NCBI RefSeq assembly: GCF_009914755.1
Contig: NC_060933.1
DNA: 64,000 nucleotides
Source of the DNA: the human T2T-CHM13v2.0 reference genome, Homo sapiens
Reading direction: 5' to 3' (one strand)
Positions within the stretch are counted from its first letter, which is position 1; the number at the start of each line of letters is the position of its first letter. The translations under genes and the position numbers were made by a program. Below are positions 29,261 to 42,177 of this stretch, piece by piece. The notes beneath the pieces are model-generated. The model saw nothing but the letters and a program-made list of their open reading frames with translations. It searched no databases and was not told the origin of the DNA.

Positions 29261-31180
29261 CTCAGTAAACTTCAGGCTTTTAATACTACTAATATTTTTA
29301 TCATTCCCTGTCTTGTGGATAAACTTGTCTCATCTATATTAAATTATCACATCCTAACTTACCAGTGTTCAAAGAGTGTTTTTAATTTTTTTTTTTTCAA
29401 AATATTTTGAGAGCTCCCATCATCTGTAGTTTTCTTCCACTCTCCACCCACCTCCTGCCACCAAGCCTTCATTAAAAGAACAACCGCTGTATTAATTATC
29501 ATAAGGAACACAGACCTTGACTGGCTTTTCACTTGTGTGCTTTTACTTCCTTGGCACACAAACCTGGATGTTAGAGAGAAGATGGGTTTGGGGATAGCAG
29601 AGACCTTTTCAGTATAAGGTGAGGGTAAGACTGAGCTACAATGTTATATTCAGTTAAAGTAACTGCCTCTTTTGTTACTTGCTCAGAATGACCAGGGAGG
29701 TGAAGATTGAACACAGGGATCATTGGGCAAGGCAGAATTAATTCTTGGAGAACTTTACAACACACTGCATTATGGTTTTGAGAGGTCATCAGAGTGCTAC
29801 TTAATGTTCTTATTGTACTGGGTATTGTTTCCCATATTGAATCCCAAAGTGCTCTCAGCTGCTGTTAGTTGCCAACCCTTTTTGAACCAGTTTTCTATTC
29901 CTTTCCCTCCCTCAGTTGCCCAACCCCAGCTCTCTTACTTTATCCTTCTTCTAGATCTTTGTGCTCCACATTTCACTCCCTGTACTCCCTTCTCACCACC
30001 ACCCCCTTTTGCATTTTTTATGGTAAATAAAATAATTGTTCAGTGTAAGCCCACTGGGGCAAGGCAGCATTTGTTATTGCATATCTTTTTGGTAACATAA
30101 GCTGCAGAAGAATGATGAATACTATTTTATTTACAAACAATATACAAGTAATTCCACTTAACTGGAGATAACAGCTTAGGTTGCTTTCTGATTTAACCTC
30201 CTTGCTATTTCAGATAAGAACCTACGTAAGCTTTCACTTGAGTGGGCATTTTGCCCAAAAATTGACCCTTTGATAGTGAGCAGTCTCAGGGCAGTTCTGT
30301 ATTCCATTGGTGCCATTAGCCTTTAGTATGCATGGTGAAAAGTAGCATATAGGGTTGGCTCTATCCCAGTTTGGAGCCTAACTGAAACTTGCACAAGTAT
30401 AAGAGAAAAAACAATTGAATCAAAGCCACATGGTCTAAAAACAGGTTCCCCTATTAGAATGGAAAGTTTTTGGTTAAGAATCTTTCTTTCATTTAATTGA
30501 TATTGATATTAATTATAACAAACAAGGGTGTTGGTTACAATTTTACAGTGCCCAGTTATCTTGCCAAATAAAGAATGGACTGGTGTTGGTTGTGATGAAG
30601 AATTGTTGTGTTGTATATATGGGCAAGGGAATACACATGTATCATATTAGAAATGAGAACATTTGTCACTCCTAAACACTCTAGCCAGAAAATGAATCCG
30701 TTGAAAATCTTATTTACACATATGTTGGTAACATTCATTACTTAATTCTAAGTTCGTGGCTCTGCTTTTAGTGAAGACAAATATCTATGTGAAAATAAAA
30801 ATATTTCTCAGCAGGGCCCTCCACACAGCGATGCCTCTGTTTCATTGACCTTTGTGAAAAAGGTGCTGGCTCTTGAATTCATGCATTACTGTTCTGCACG
30901 GGGAAAAAAAAGAAGTAGTAATATCTCCTGTGAAGGGTTCTTTTGAAGATCACACATGTAATGCATGTAGAATATGGTAGCATTTCAAAAATGACAGTTG
31001 GTATTATTTTAAGAAAACAGATTTTATGGAAAAATTTGGGGAAAAAAATCACCTCTTTCTTACTGATCTCTTGTCTTCATGCTCCTGATACTCCAAACTA
31101 GCAGCTGCATTCACTTACTCTCTTCTGCTGAAAATGCTATGATGATAGTTGCCCCTTACTGTTACCTGGAATGGCTGGCA

Positions 31181-31288
31181 CCACTGTAGTCCCCATTAAT
31201 AGAAATAGAAGCAGTATTCTCCATTAATAAAATATGATCACTCTCCGTTAATAAAAATACCCACTGAATATTCTCCATTAATAAAAAT
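31181..31288. repeat. Decayed ~27-bp minisatellite, four units containing (T/C)CC(A/G)TTAATA(A/G)AA
   Basis: Units near 31191, 31218, 31242 and 31272. Confidence 0.7.
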
Positions 31289-32825
31289 TGGACTACTTAG
31301 GCATCTCACATAGTCCTAGCCTTTCCATTCTTAACAAGCTAAAAAAAAGCCAATTTAACCCAAAAAGTGGAAGCAGACATGTGTTAAAAGAATACATATT
31401 TAATATACAAACATATGTGCACACATACCTACGCATGTGGAAATTCAAGCACCATGTCCTTTATTAATGGAAACCAATGTCTCCAGAAGGCAAGGCACAG
31501 CACTCAGAAACATAGTAAAGTTAAGAAAAGATAAAAGAATATGGCAAGTGTACATGTAAAAGGAGATAAAGGGGGTTATGGGGCTGGGAGGCAGAGCTAG
31601 GGTAGATAGGGGAAGGCTGAAGACAGGTGAGAACCTTGCTAGTTAAGTAATGCTAGGCTGCTGGTCGATGATACCAAGCAAAGTGAAGAAATGAGAACAG
31701 ACTCACAGATAAAGCGGTATTAATTGAGTAGTCTTGCTTGAAAGAAAGAAGAGAAGGAAGTCTATAGGCTGCAAGGAGTTCAGTAATCACAGGGTATGTT
31801 TAGTTATATGTATTTTTTCTTTTAATAATCTGATGTTATGAAGTCATCTAGGGAAGGTAAATGCTTTGGAAAAGGAAGTAGTAATGAGGGGGAAAGTCTT
31901 AGAAAGTCAGACCATGGCATGGGTTGGTGGATTCTTTATAAGTATTGAATTTCCTGTCTAGGAGGTAGGCTTCTGACTTTGTGTCTTATAAGTGAGGTGA
32001 CCTATCAAGCCCTTTGCTGTGATGTCTGCTGCTTTCCTGCCTGTTTTATCTCCTGGATGCCTAGAATAATCTGAGAGGAGACAACAGAAATCAAGCATAT
32101 GTTCAATACAAAGGCCCCATGAAATCTGCAAGCCTGCTGTGCATCAAGTCAATGTAATTCATTTATTTTTTTAAAGGGGTGATGATACACTCTTTCCTCT
32201 AGATGAAAAATTACAGAGCTCATCTGAAAAGCCCTCTCTTTGGGGAAAACATTCTGCCTCTTTTTTTGTTCCCTATATAGCCTCTTTATTGTCTATGGTG
32301 AATAAAGAAATAATAACATGAACTGAATACCCATAAAGAGAAAAAATTGATAAAAGCAGAACTGATTGTGTGATTGTGATAATGAACACAAAGATAATAT
32401 ACAAAATGTACATATGGCATTAAACTAGGAGAAACAATTCCTTTGTAGTTTTTTGCAACTGTCTAAAATACGGATTATAGCTAAATCCTATTGTATGTTT
32501 AGACCAGAGGCTAGAACTGGTGAAGCCTATCACAGAAGGGGCCACTGTGAAAGCTGATCTCTGTAGGATCTAGTAAGTTAGCTGCTGTGATGCTTCTCCC
32601 AGAATTATCCCAAAATAATAGCTTTACTTTACTCAAAGAGTAATTTTCCTAGTTATCAGTAAGACTTTTGTTGGTCATTGTAGATTTTTGTTATACTTGC
32701 AATGAGAAAGATTTACAATTGACATATTAATACTATGCTCTATTGAGATTTGGCTTCAAGCTGTCCAATAATCCTCATCATCCTTGATTTTTTTAGTGTG
32801 CCCCCCAGAAAATATTTTCAGACAC

Positions 32826-33527
32826 TTTTTTTTTTTATTATACTTTAAGTTTTAGGGTACATGTGCCCATTGTGCAGGTTAGTTACATACGTATACATGT
32901 GCCATGCTGGTGCGCTGCACCCACTAACTCGTCATCTAGCATTAGGTGTATCTCCCAATGCTATCCCTCCCCGCTCCCCCCACCCCACCACAGTCCCCAG
33001 AGTGTGATATTCCCCTTCCTGTGTCCATGTGATCTCATTGTTCAATTCCCACCTATGAGTGAGAATATGCGGTGTTTGGTTTTTTGTTCTTGCGACAGTT
33101 TACTGAGAATGATGATTTCCAATGTCATCCATGTCCCTACAAAGGACATGAACTCATCATTTTTTATGGCTGCATAGTATTCCATGGTGTATATGTGCCA
33201 CATTTTCTTAATCCAGTCTATCATTGTTGGACATTTGGGTTGGTTCCAAGTCTTTGCTATTGTGAATAATGCCGCAATAAACATACGTGTGCATGTGTCT
33301 TTATAGCAGCATGATTTATAGTCATATGGGTATATACCCAGTAATGGGATGGCTGGGTCAAATGGTATTTCTAGTTCTAGATCCCTGAGGAATCGCCACA
33401 CTGACTTCCACAATGGTTGAACTAGTTTACAGTCCCACCAACAGTGTAAAAGTGTTCCTATTTCTCCACATCCTCTCCAGCACCTGTTGTTTCCTGACTT
33501 TTTAATGATTAAAAAGTCATTAAAAAG
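32826..33527 (-). mobile_element. Short 5'-truncated young L1 (L1PA2-like) with micro-inverted 5' junction
   Basis: 3'UTR carries actaactcgtcatctagc (GAG at the diagnostic site, not Ta ACA or pre-Ta ACG); ORF2 C-terminus 33042-33413; TSD tcagacacttttttt at 32818-32832 and 33528-33542. Confidence 0.92.
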
Positions 33528-33884
33528 TCAGACACTTTTTTTCTGTCTCCTAAAATCCCCTTCTTTCCTTCCCCCCAACATAATTATCTTCTTCTCTAAT
33601 AAAAACCAGTCATCCTGCCTCACCACCCCTCATCCGGTTTTCTCTTTAGCTTTACCTGTCTCTCCTATGGACCCACAGTCAGAGGAAGGGGAAGAGTACC
33701 TCTCCTCTGAGCCCAGTTTCTTGACATCCACAAATGAGATCCTTTCTCTCTGCCATAGGGTTCTTTCTGTGTTAGTCATCTTGCTTCTAGGAATTTATAG
33801 GTGACTTTTAACTTGGGAAAAACCTCCTTTGACTCAAATATTCATTTGTTATTCACTTAGCGGATGTTTAATACTTATATCATG

Positions 33885-34330
33885 TAGCACTGGTTGTTGG
33901 CAAGCAATTGAAACAGATTTTGGTTATCTTGAACAAAAAAGGAATGTACTGGAAGGCTATGAGATTATCCATAAAATGGGTAGAAAAGATTAAGGATCTG
34001 GCTCTGCAGATGTCATAGGCCAGAGCGGCTCAGGTGAATCCAGGTGACAGGGACTACAGTAAATCTCTTCTGGGGTAAAACAACTTTAACCAACATTAAC
34101 TTGGCCTTTGTATCACATTTTTCAAAACTTCAGTTCCAGGAAGTGACTGTCTGATTGGCTTGGGGCACTATCCCATCCCTAGAGATGAGAAGTAGGGGGA
34201 ACCTGGATTGACAATCCCATCAGGACTGTATCCAGTTGGGGGAAGTTAGTTTCTAAAAGGAAAATGAAAATGCTATTGCCAGGAAAAAATGAATGGGAAT
34301 CAGGGAAGCAAAACCAGTAACTTGTCACTG
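33885..34330 (-). mobile_element. Old MLT1 (J/K/L-type) LTR
   Basis: ggttgttggcaagcaattgaaac...aggaatgtactggaaggctatg...tctgattggc motifs. Confidence 0.5.
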
Positions 34331-34609
34331 TAGCTCATAATATGTCAGGCAGTCACTATCCTGGTCTTTGAAATAGACAAATAAAGGAAAACTAACATTT
34401 ACTAAAAGGAAAAAAAAATTGATGAAAGTGGTAGAATTGAAGGTAAGATTGCAATAATAAGCCCAAAGATTAAATACATTGTACATATATCATGAAATAT
34501 ATAGGAGAAATATTTCCCCTTCAAAGATGACAGAAGTAACTGTCCAAACATATGAATAAATCATGGCACAGTCATACCATCTTGTCCCAGTGCTTAGATA
34601 AGAGATTGG

Positions 34610-35480
34610 AACTGGTCCAAGATGAGGGAGACAGTACCTGTCCTCAAGGAGCTCACAGTCAGTGGGGAAGTCAGATGTAGAATAGGTCATTTTAGGAAAA
34701 TAAAATTGAAATAGAAAGCTACTGATCCCATGGCACATGGAGAAGGTGCATCTAATCTTAGAACGGGCTGATTCAAAGAAGGTTTCCAGGAAGAAAAATC
34801 TCCAAGAAGTTGAAATCTAAGAAGAAATTGTCTGTGTTAGGGAGAATGGTGTAGCAGTAAAGAAGGGCATTCCAGGAAGAGAGAATAGACAGGGAAGTGA
34901 GAAACAATGCATATGTTGAAGAACCATGGTGATTTTGTAAAGAAGGGATTTGAGGGAGCAGAGGTTGGGGGTGGAGAGCTCTAGGCATTGTGATACCACT
35001 GAGGAGCATCGCAGAGAGGGCCAGTAGGATGAGGAGTAGGAATGCCTGTTAGTTTTGGCAGATAGGAAGCCAGTGGTGAGCTGGTAAAGAGAAGTTTGAG
35101 TTGAGCAGAGCATGTAGAAACCAGATGATGGTGACCCAGGAGTGAATGGGAGGGAAGGAAGTTGATAGGAAATGGAGACTTCTGTGCAGAATGGTTTGGG
35201 TGAGAAGGAGCTAAGGGCAGTTGGCTCACAGCTGGAGAGGACTGTGGAGGGAGGGCTGTACTTTCCTACACTGAAAGGATGAAGTCAGTAGAGGGAAAGA
35301 TTGAAGACACAGGGGAAGAATGATACCTAATGATGAAAGTAAAAGGAAAGAATGTTGTCCTGAAGGGTAAAAGATGACTTATTTTCTGATACTAGAGATC
35401 AGAACATAAGAATAGGTGTTAATCTATAGGAATCTGTGGGCAGAAGGAGAATGTTGAAAGATGCCATTATGGGTAGCCTC
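34610..35480 (-). mobile_element. L2 LINE fragments
   Basis: cctgtcctcaaggagctcacagtc...aagggcattccagg motifs. Confidence 0.6.
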
Positions 35481-35534
35481 CATTTTTTCACAGAAATAGA
35501 AGACTAAAAATACCTTGGAATTAAATAAAAACCA

Positions 35535-35730
35535 AACACCTGAGTTCAGATTCTGGTTCCACAATATTGCTAGGTGACCTTATACTCTGAGCCTCAGTTT
35601 CCTCATCTGTAGAATGGAGACATTGCAGAAGTTACCTTAAAGGGCTATGATAGATAGTGTAATATATGTAAAATAGCAAATACTGTCTCTGATGCTTAGT
35701 AAGTTCTTAATAATGTAACTATTATTACTA
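35535..35730 (+). mobile_element. MIR SINE (donor of patchwork piece at 36266)
   Basis: tctgagcctcagtttcctcatctgtagaatgg core. Confidence 0.75.
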
Positions 35731-35974
35731 GCATAAGAGTATGTGACCATAGCATTAATGAACTACTTTATAATATACATGATCTCATGTTTATGAAAAG
35801 ATTCTGGAACTAGTGATTCCAAGCTCTGCCATTTATCAGCTTTGATGAGTTTGGGAATGATAATAATGTCAATCTTATAGGGTATTATGAGGATTACATG
35901 AATTAATTCATATAATACACTCAGTGAGGATTCTGTAACTGTCAGATATTGTTAGCTCTTTTATTTTTATTCAA

Positions 35975-36150
35975 GGTCCAAAGAGCACTTAGCAGTATAT
36001 ATTGTTATCTCTATTTTGTAGGAAAGGAAGTCAAAGTACAAGAGAGTTAAATGACTTACCCAGAGCCAGATAACTAGCAAATGGCAGAATTGGGCTAAAA
36101 CCAAGATCCTTTGTATGTCCAAAGTCCATTCACTTGCTATTACACTGTGA
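35975..36150 (-). mobile_element. MIR SINE
   Basis: agagttaaatgacttacccagagcc...agaattgggctaaaacc. Confidence 0.55.
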
Positions 36151-38136
36151 CTGCGGACCCACTGCCAACCTTTGACCTTTAGCATCTGTTTACCAATACT
36201 CTGAATTGCTCATCATCACATAACCTGTGAGCTAATATTGACCATGAGCTTCCAGGCCCATCCTGGAGTTCAAATTCTGGTTCTACAATTTAATAGCTAG
36301 GTGACTTTATACTAGAGAATGGATTTGAGGGAGCAGAGGCTGTGGGTAGAGAGCCCTAAGCACTGTGGTAGCCTCTAGACCACTAGCTTCCAGGCTCATC
36401 CTGGAGTCCTTCCCAGTTCCACGCTGACTCCAGATTCTTGGCTTGCCTTTTTGACCTGCGTGTAGAGCTCCAGCTACTGACAGTCTACATGTCCATGAAG
36501 CAGCATGAGAGTAAACAAAAATCTGATTCACCCAAGGGTTGTTCTACAAGTACCTGCTGAAGGTTGCAAATACTCAAGAGAGAGAGGATACCATCATACC
36601 TGCAAATACCAAGTGCTCCATTTGTTTCTGTGAATGTGGTGAAAGGAATCTCTCCCGGCCAGTTCCAATGATGCTGCACATCTGTGCACACTCTACCTAC
36701 ATGCCTGTCTGCATTTCTTTCCCATCGGCATGACCTGTTGTTTTACTGCAACATGAATCAGCACTTTGGAAACACTCAAAGACTTACCATTTGGATTGTA
36801 GTGTGGATGCTTGATGATAAAAGTCTGACTTTGCTTCTACTCTTGTAGCAAGTCGGATGGGAATCTCAGTTCCAAATGTTACATAACATCATGACCTTTC
36901 TTTGATGTATTGTGCTGTAGCAGACAAAGGTACTTAAGGATCAACATCCAGAATATTTCAAACCAAACTTCTTCTTCATAGCAGGATTAGGAAACGAATG
37001 AGCCTTCTGTGCAGTCCAGCCTTACCATATGAAATAAAACTCATGTGAAAACCAGATTCTCTGTATTTAGAAATGAGGTTCTTTGGGGTCAGGTTTTATT
37101 TAATTTAAGTACACTTAGGTTTTACATTCAAATCGTTTTCCCACTTCATGGCCTTAAAGAGTCAACTATTGAAGTTGGAAAAAAGGATTCCAATAGTGTT
37201 TAAAAACAATTAAGCTGTAGAATGTCAATGTTTGGGCACCTAAAAAGAAAATATTTCTTTTGATGATTATAAATGTAATCACTTATATACCGAAGAAAGG
37301 GTCCATATGGACCACTTAATTTATTAATGTTTTAAAGGAAAGCAATTTTCATTCAACTGCTGAGGAAATGTTTCAGCTAGCAATAAAAGGGTTTCATATG
37401 CACATGGAATGATTTTGCAATATGGAAAGGATATGGAGGGAAGAAAAAATATAAAGACCAGAAATGTTAAACAGAAAATTTGAAGGAAGGACAGGAAGGA
37501 GACCAGTGAAAGGCTGAGGGATGCCATCTTCAGGGAGGGAAGGGGCTTTATTTCTGAGCTCTGGCTGCTTCCATAGGAAGCAGATTCAGAGCTCCTTCTG
37601 CAGGTGGTAAGGGGACTCCTACAGATAGCCTAGGCTCAGCTCAGACACTGACGTGAACCCACAAAGCAAGTGAAGGCACAGAATGATGTGGGAAGCAAAG
37701 GCGGGGACCTGCCACATGCCAAGGGGAGAGTGGAAAGGTGCACAGAGGTAAATTGCATGTGTGTGTCACACACAGGTGTTTGTTATACTCAGTTATCTCA
37801 CACCCATAGCATGACAATTTTAAGCCAGATTTACTAACCTGAGACCTGGGATTCTTACATATCCCCTCTAGTAACAGTAGGGAAATGATGTTTGTCAGTC
37901 TCCTGTAGGCTTTAGAGTGCTACCTTTGATGCATTACAGGGTATGACTAAAGATAAGAACTCAGTACTTTTCTTGGAAAATGTGGGAAATTAGTATTATT
38001 TATTAGAAGAAGGAGCATTAAGACAGCAGAGCTCACAAAAGCATTGACTGAAGGAGGAAAATTGAATCAAAATTTAGGTGCCAAAAAGTGAAGACGTACC
38101 AAATGTAACTGACTGTTTAAAAATATCTAATTCTAC

Positions 38137-38530
38137 CATTCATTTACTTGGCAAATATTTTAAAATGCTGACTATGTGTTAAGCACTGTACTGGGCCATT
38201 TATATATAATGACAAGTAAGAGAGACAAAGTTTCTGACCTCATGGAATTACTTATTCACAGATGAGTAAGTAGGTGGTGACAGTGAAGTTTGATCCGTGC
38301 TCTGACGGTAGCTTACGCTATAATGAGGGCGAAGATTCAAGAGCACATAACTGAGTTTATAGAATATCATGGAAAGCTTCTTAGGAGAAGTCACACTTAA
38401 ATGATAACTGAAGGAGAGAAGATAGTGAGGCAAAGAGATGGGAGACAAGTCTATAGGGAAGAATGAGTGGCAGAGACCTAGAAAACACTTCAAAGGCCTG
38501 CACAGCTCACTAGAGAAGTGTGCAGAAAAA
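38137..38530 (-). mobile_element. L2 3' end
   Basis: cattcatttacttggcaaatattt...actatgtgttaagcactgtactggg. Confidence 0.65.
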
Positions 38531-39269
38531 ACAGACAACTGCTACAGAAGGAAGCTGAAGGATGAGACATGGCCTTTATTGAGCACCTACTGTGATCTTT
38601 AAATACATTATCATATTTAATTTTCCCAAGCACAACTTGCTTTCATTTAACAGTTGAAGGAAAAAGAAGTACAGGGAGAATAAGTAGCTTGACCAAAGAC
38701 ACACAGCTTATTGCCAATCCAGTCTATAACTCAGCCCCAACAGGTCCCTTAGCCTTTGTTCTCCCCTCCATACTACTTTATCTCTCTTGGTTTTAAGGAA
38801 ATAATAACTTGTTTTATGACTATGACTGTCTACATTACCAACCAAGTAGGTCTTAACTTTTAGGTAGTAACAGATCTTTGCTATGAAGCATCACATCTGG
38901 TAGACAGTGAAAAAGTGAGTGATAGGAGTATGGAACGTAGTGATAGGAATGTGCTAGAGGCAGAACAGTCTTTAGTTTCTTTGGATCTTTGGCACATCAC
39001 CTAGCCTTTAGGTGAGTTTACTAAATCCAGTTCAAACATGGCCTCTTCTCTGCCTCTCTTCACTGCCCTGCAGAATGCATTGCTTCCTGGTCTGTGATCA
39101 CAGGACATTTTATATTATGGTGAGTTTTGCATAGGTCATGTCTTCTACCAGTCATAAAATCTATCTCATAGACTTATTGATATGTGGGAGAGAGTATGAG
39201 ATCATGTATGTGTGAATTCCTAGTGTAAACTACACAATGGTAAAGTACACCATATATATTCGGTGACTG

Positions 39270-39660
39270 CAGTAATGAGGTGGTAAATTTGAACAACCAC
39301 CACTCGGGAAAAAAAAAAGAAAGCTACCTTATAGTGTTTGCTAATATTCATAGTGTAAATACCCAATTTCAAGCTACGAATGTGATATCACTGAGTGTGG
39401 ACTTGGGAAGAGATGTGCTAGAGCAGTCCATTGTATAATATTTTACACTAGAGGTTAATAACTTCAACAGCATAGAAACATAGTAAAATAATTAGGACAT
39501 TCTGTTTTGAGTACTTATTACCTTTAATTTTAATATAATTAATTGCAAGCTTATAGAATTTAATTTTTAGTAATGACTATGTTAAACAGCTCACTAAGTT
39601 CCTGACAATTTCACAGTTGGCCCTTTGGAGCTGGTAGCAGCTGGCTCCAACATACCAGTG
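39270..39660. mobile_element. MER63-family (hAT-Blackjack) DNA transposon
   Basis: cagtaatgaggtggtaaattt start; gagctggtagcagctggctccaacataccagtg end. Confidence 0.7.
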
Positions 39661-40009
39661 AATTCTGAGTGTCTGACAGGAAGATTCTTGTGTTCAACTT
39701 TGTATTTTCAGTGCTTAATACATGTCCTGGAACTTGGAAGTTGTTGGGTAAATCGATAAATTGATGAATAAAATAATGAAAAATGCCAATGTAAAACCAA
39801 GTTAGTTACGCATGTGAAAAAGACCTTGGATATATCCCATGGTCTCTCTTGGCCTCAGATTCCTCATCTGTAAGTTGAGGAGCTTGGATGGATTTGATTG
39901 ATTTGATTAACTTCAGTGTTCTTCTAGCTCTCACATTCTATGTGTTCTAATGACCAGAAGCAGAGTCTGTGATTATGTCAACTGTTTTCTTAGCTGCATA
40001 CTTACATTG

Positions 40010-42177
40010 TGATGACGACATTTTACCTCATTTGGGACTTAAGTACTAAGTGAATAGGAGATTCAGAACTGATTTACTTTATCTTGAACAAAAATGAAGA
40101 CTACCTAATTTGCTTTGTTTCACTGTTGATCATTAGATCGTTTGTCTAGATTTGCTGGAACAGGGCATCATCTTATGCTCTTACGTATTTGGATTTCATG
40201 GAAAAATCGGGCTCATTTTTAAAGTGGTAGAAAAAAAGAAATAAAAACAGAGAAATTCCCCATTTTCAAATGTTTAAAGCCTAAAGCTAACTTTTTGGAG
40301 CTGTGAGCCTAGGATTAATTTTGCCAAGCATTTCCTTTGAAGGGGAGATCAGAATAAACAATAGAGTGTTGTTAACACAGTTTAAGCCAGGTTCCTCAAA
40401 CTCATCACAGAACTCCTTTTCCATACAAATTGCAGTAGCACCTCATGGAACATTGGTATTTTGTGGAACACAGCTTGGACAATGCTGCTCTTGATGTTTC
40501 TCTCTGATAACTAGCTGTGAAGAGGACCAGAAAAAAATAGCTTCTTGATATTTGCTTATGTCAGATAATTTATATTTTTGAACAGTTCCATGTTTACAGT
40601 TATTAACTTAGAAATCTACCTTTTCAGGTGTCATACTACCATATCATTAGCCAGCTACATAGTAAAAAGCAAAAACAGACGGTATGTTAGAGTCATCTTG
40701 GAATAAATGTAGAAAGACTAAGAAACACTTTCCTCATCCATTTCCTGAAGATATCCAGTATAATTTGCCGCTTTTGTCACCTTATTTGTAAAGCGAGGCA
40801 GGTGGATTAGATAAGCCCCAGAGTGCATGATTTATACCCTTAACCCATGTAATCACTGCACTGGAGCTCTGGTAATGGGGATGATTATGGCACTGAAGCC
40901 TTCAACACATTCACAGAAGTGAAGGGGGAAGCAGAGAAGAGTATAATTAAGCTAAATGTTCTGATGTTCAAATGTTGACACACTCATTCATACTTACATC
41001 CAAAAGAATTAAAAAAAAAATTTCCCCTGGGGAGAATAGACTTGATTTACATGGTACTTCTTTCATTAAATTCAGTGAAGCCTGCAAAACTTGCTAATGA
41101 AGGAAAATTATGAAGTATTTTGGCTCAGTTAACTTGCTCTTTCCATAATAATTTGGCCTCAGACCATCTGACACATAATCTGAAGTAATCATATTTCAAA
41201 GAAATTGGCCCCTTATTCCTTAGCTTAAAATTCAAAGAAACATATTTTGCTCTAATTAGAAAGAAAAGAAGATATGATAACACTGCATTGGTAATTTCAT
41301 TTTTATTGTGAGATATTTAGGTCATGTTAGACATGAGATTTTAAAATAATCTTAGATGTTTCCATTAGAGCTTCTCAATTTTGCTGAGGCAATTTACTCC
41401 TGTGTGACCCTCAGAAAATAGGTCTACATGAGATGTTTAACCAGTCTGTGAAATGGCTAAATAAGTTCTTGCTGTTCAGGAATTGAGATTTCCACATTGT
41501 CCTTTCCAATGTGTTCTCTGCTTTGCAGTCAGAGTGATCAATATTAACATGCAAACCTGATTAAAACTCAGCTTAAATCTCTTTAAAGAGATCCCAATAC
41601 TCTTGGCATAACAAACAAACTTTTTTACCAAGGCTTTGAGGCCCTGCGTGATTCAGCTCTTGTCTGCCACTCTCAGCTTGAGTAAGTTAGGACAGGCTTT
41701 ACATTTTGCTTATTGTTTATTCCATGGTATCAACAATCCCAAATATTAGGGGTTTAACACAACACAAATTACTCATGCAGAAGGAGCCACTCAGGTAGGC
41801 AGTGGGAATTTGCTCATTACAGTCTACACAGGGACTCAGGTTCACTATGCATCTCCACCCTGAACAGTGCAAGTTGTTTTACCTAAGGGAAAAAGAGCTC
41901 TCAATGGTCCCACCTTAGCAATTAGGTGCTCTGGCCTAGAAGTGACACTTGCTTAGAACTCATGGCCATCTCTAGTCACATGACCTCATCTACCTACAAG
42001 GGGACCAGAATGATGACAACACTTTAACTACCTCATTTGGGACTTAAGTACTAAGTGAACAGGAGATTCAGAACTGATTTACTTTATCTTGAACAAAAAT
42101 GAAGACTACCTAATTTGCTTTGTTTCACTGTTGATCATTAGATCGTTTGTCTAGATTTGCTGGAACAGGGCATCATC
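40010..42177 (+). repeat. Dispersed direct duplication: 40010-40172 and 42011-42177
   Basis: 149-bp core (40024-40172 vs 42029-42177) differs at one base (gtgaaTagg/gtgaaCagg). Confidence 0.95.

Noticed and set aside
31181-31288. CRISPR-like repeat-spacer appearance
   Set aside because: Primate DNA; short degenerate units with related spacers; no cas genes.
40009-40072. C/D box snoRNA-like layout (GTGATGA ... CTGA) at the start of the duplicated 165-mer
   Set aside because: No convincing terminal stem or recognisable guide, and the duplicated unit extends ~100 nt beyond the D box. A Rfam/snoscan search would be needed.
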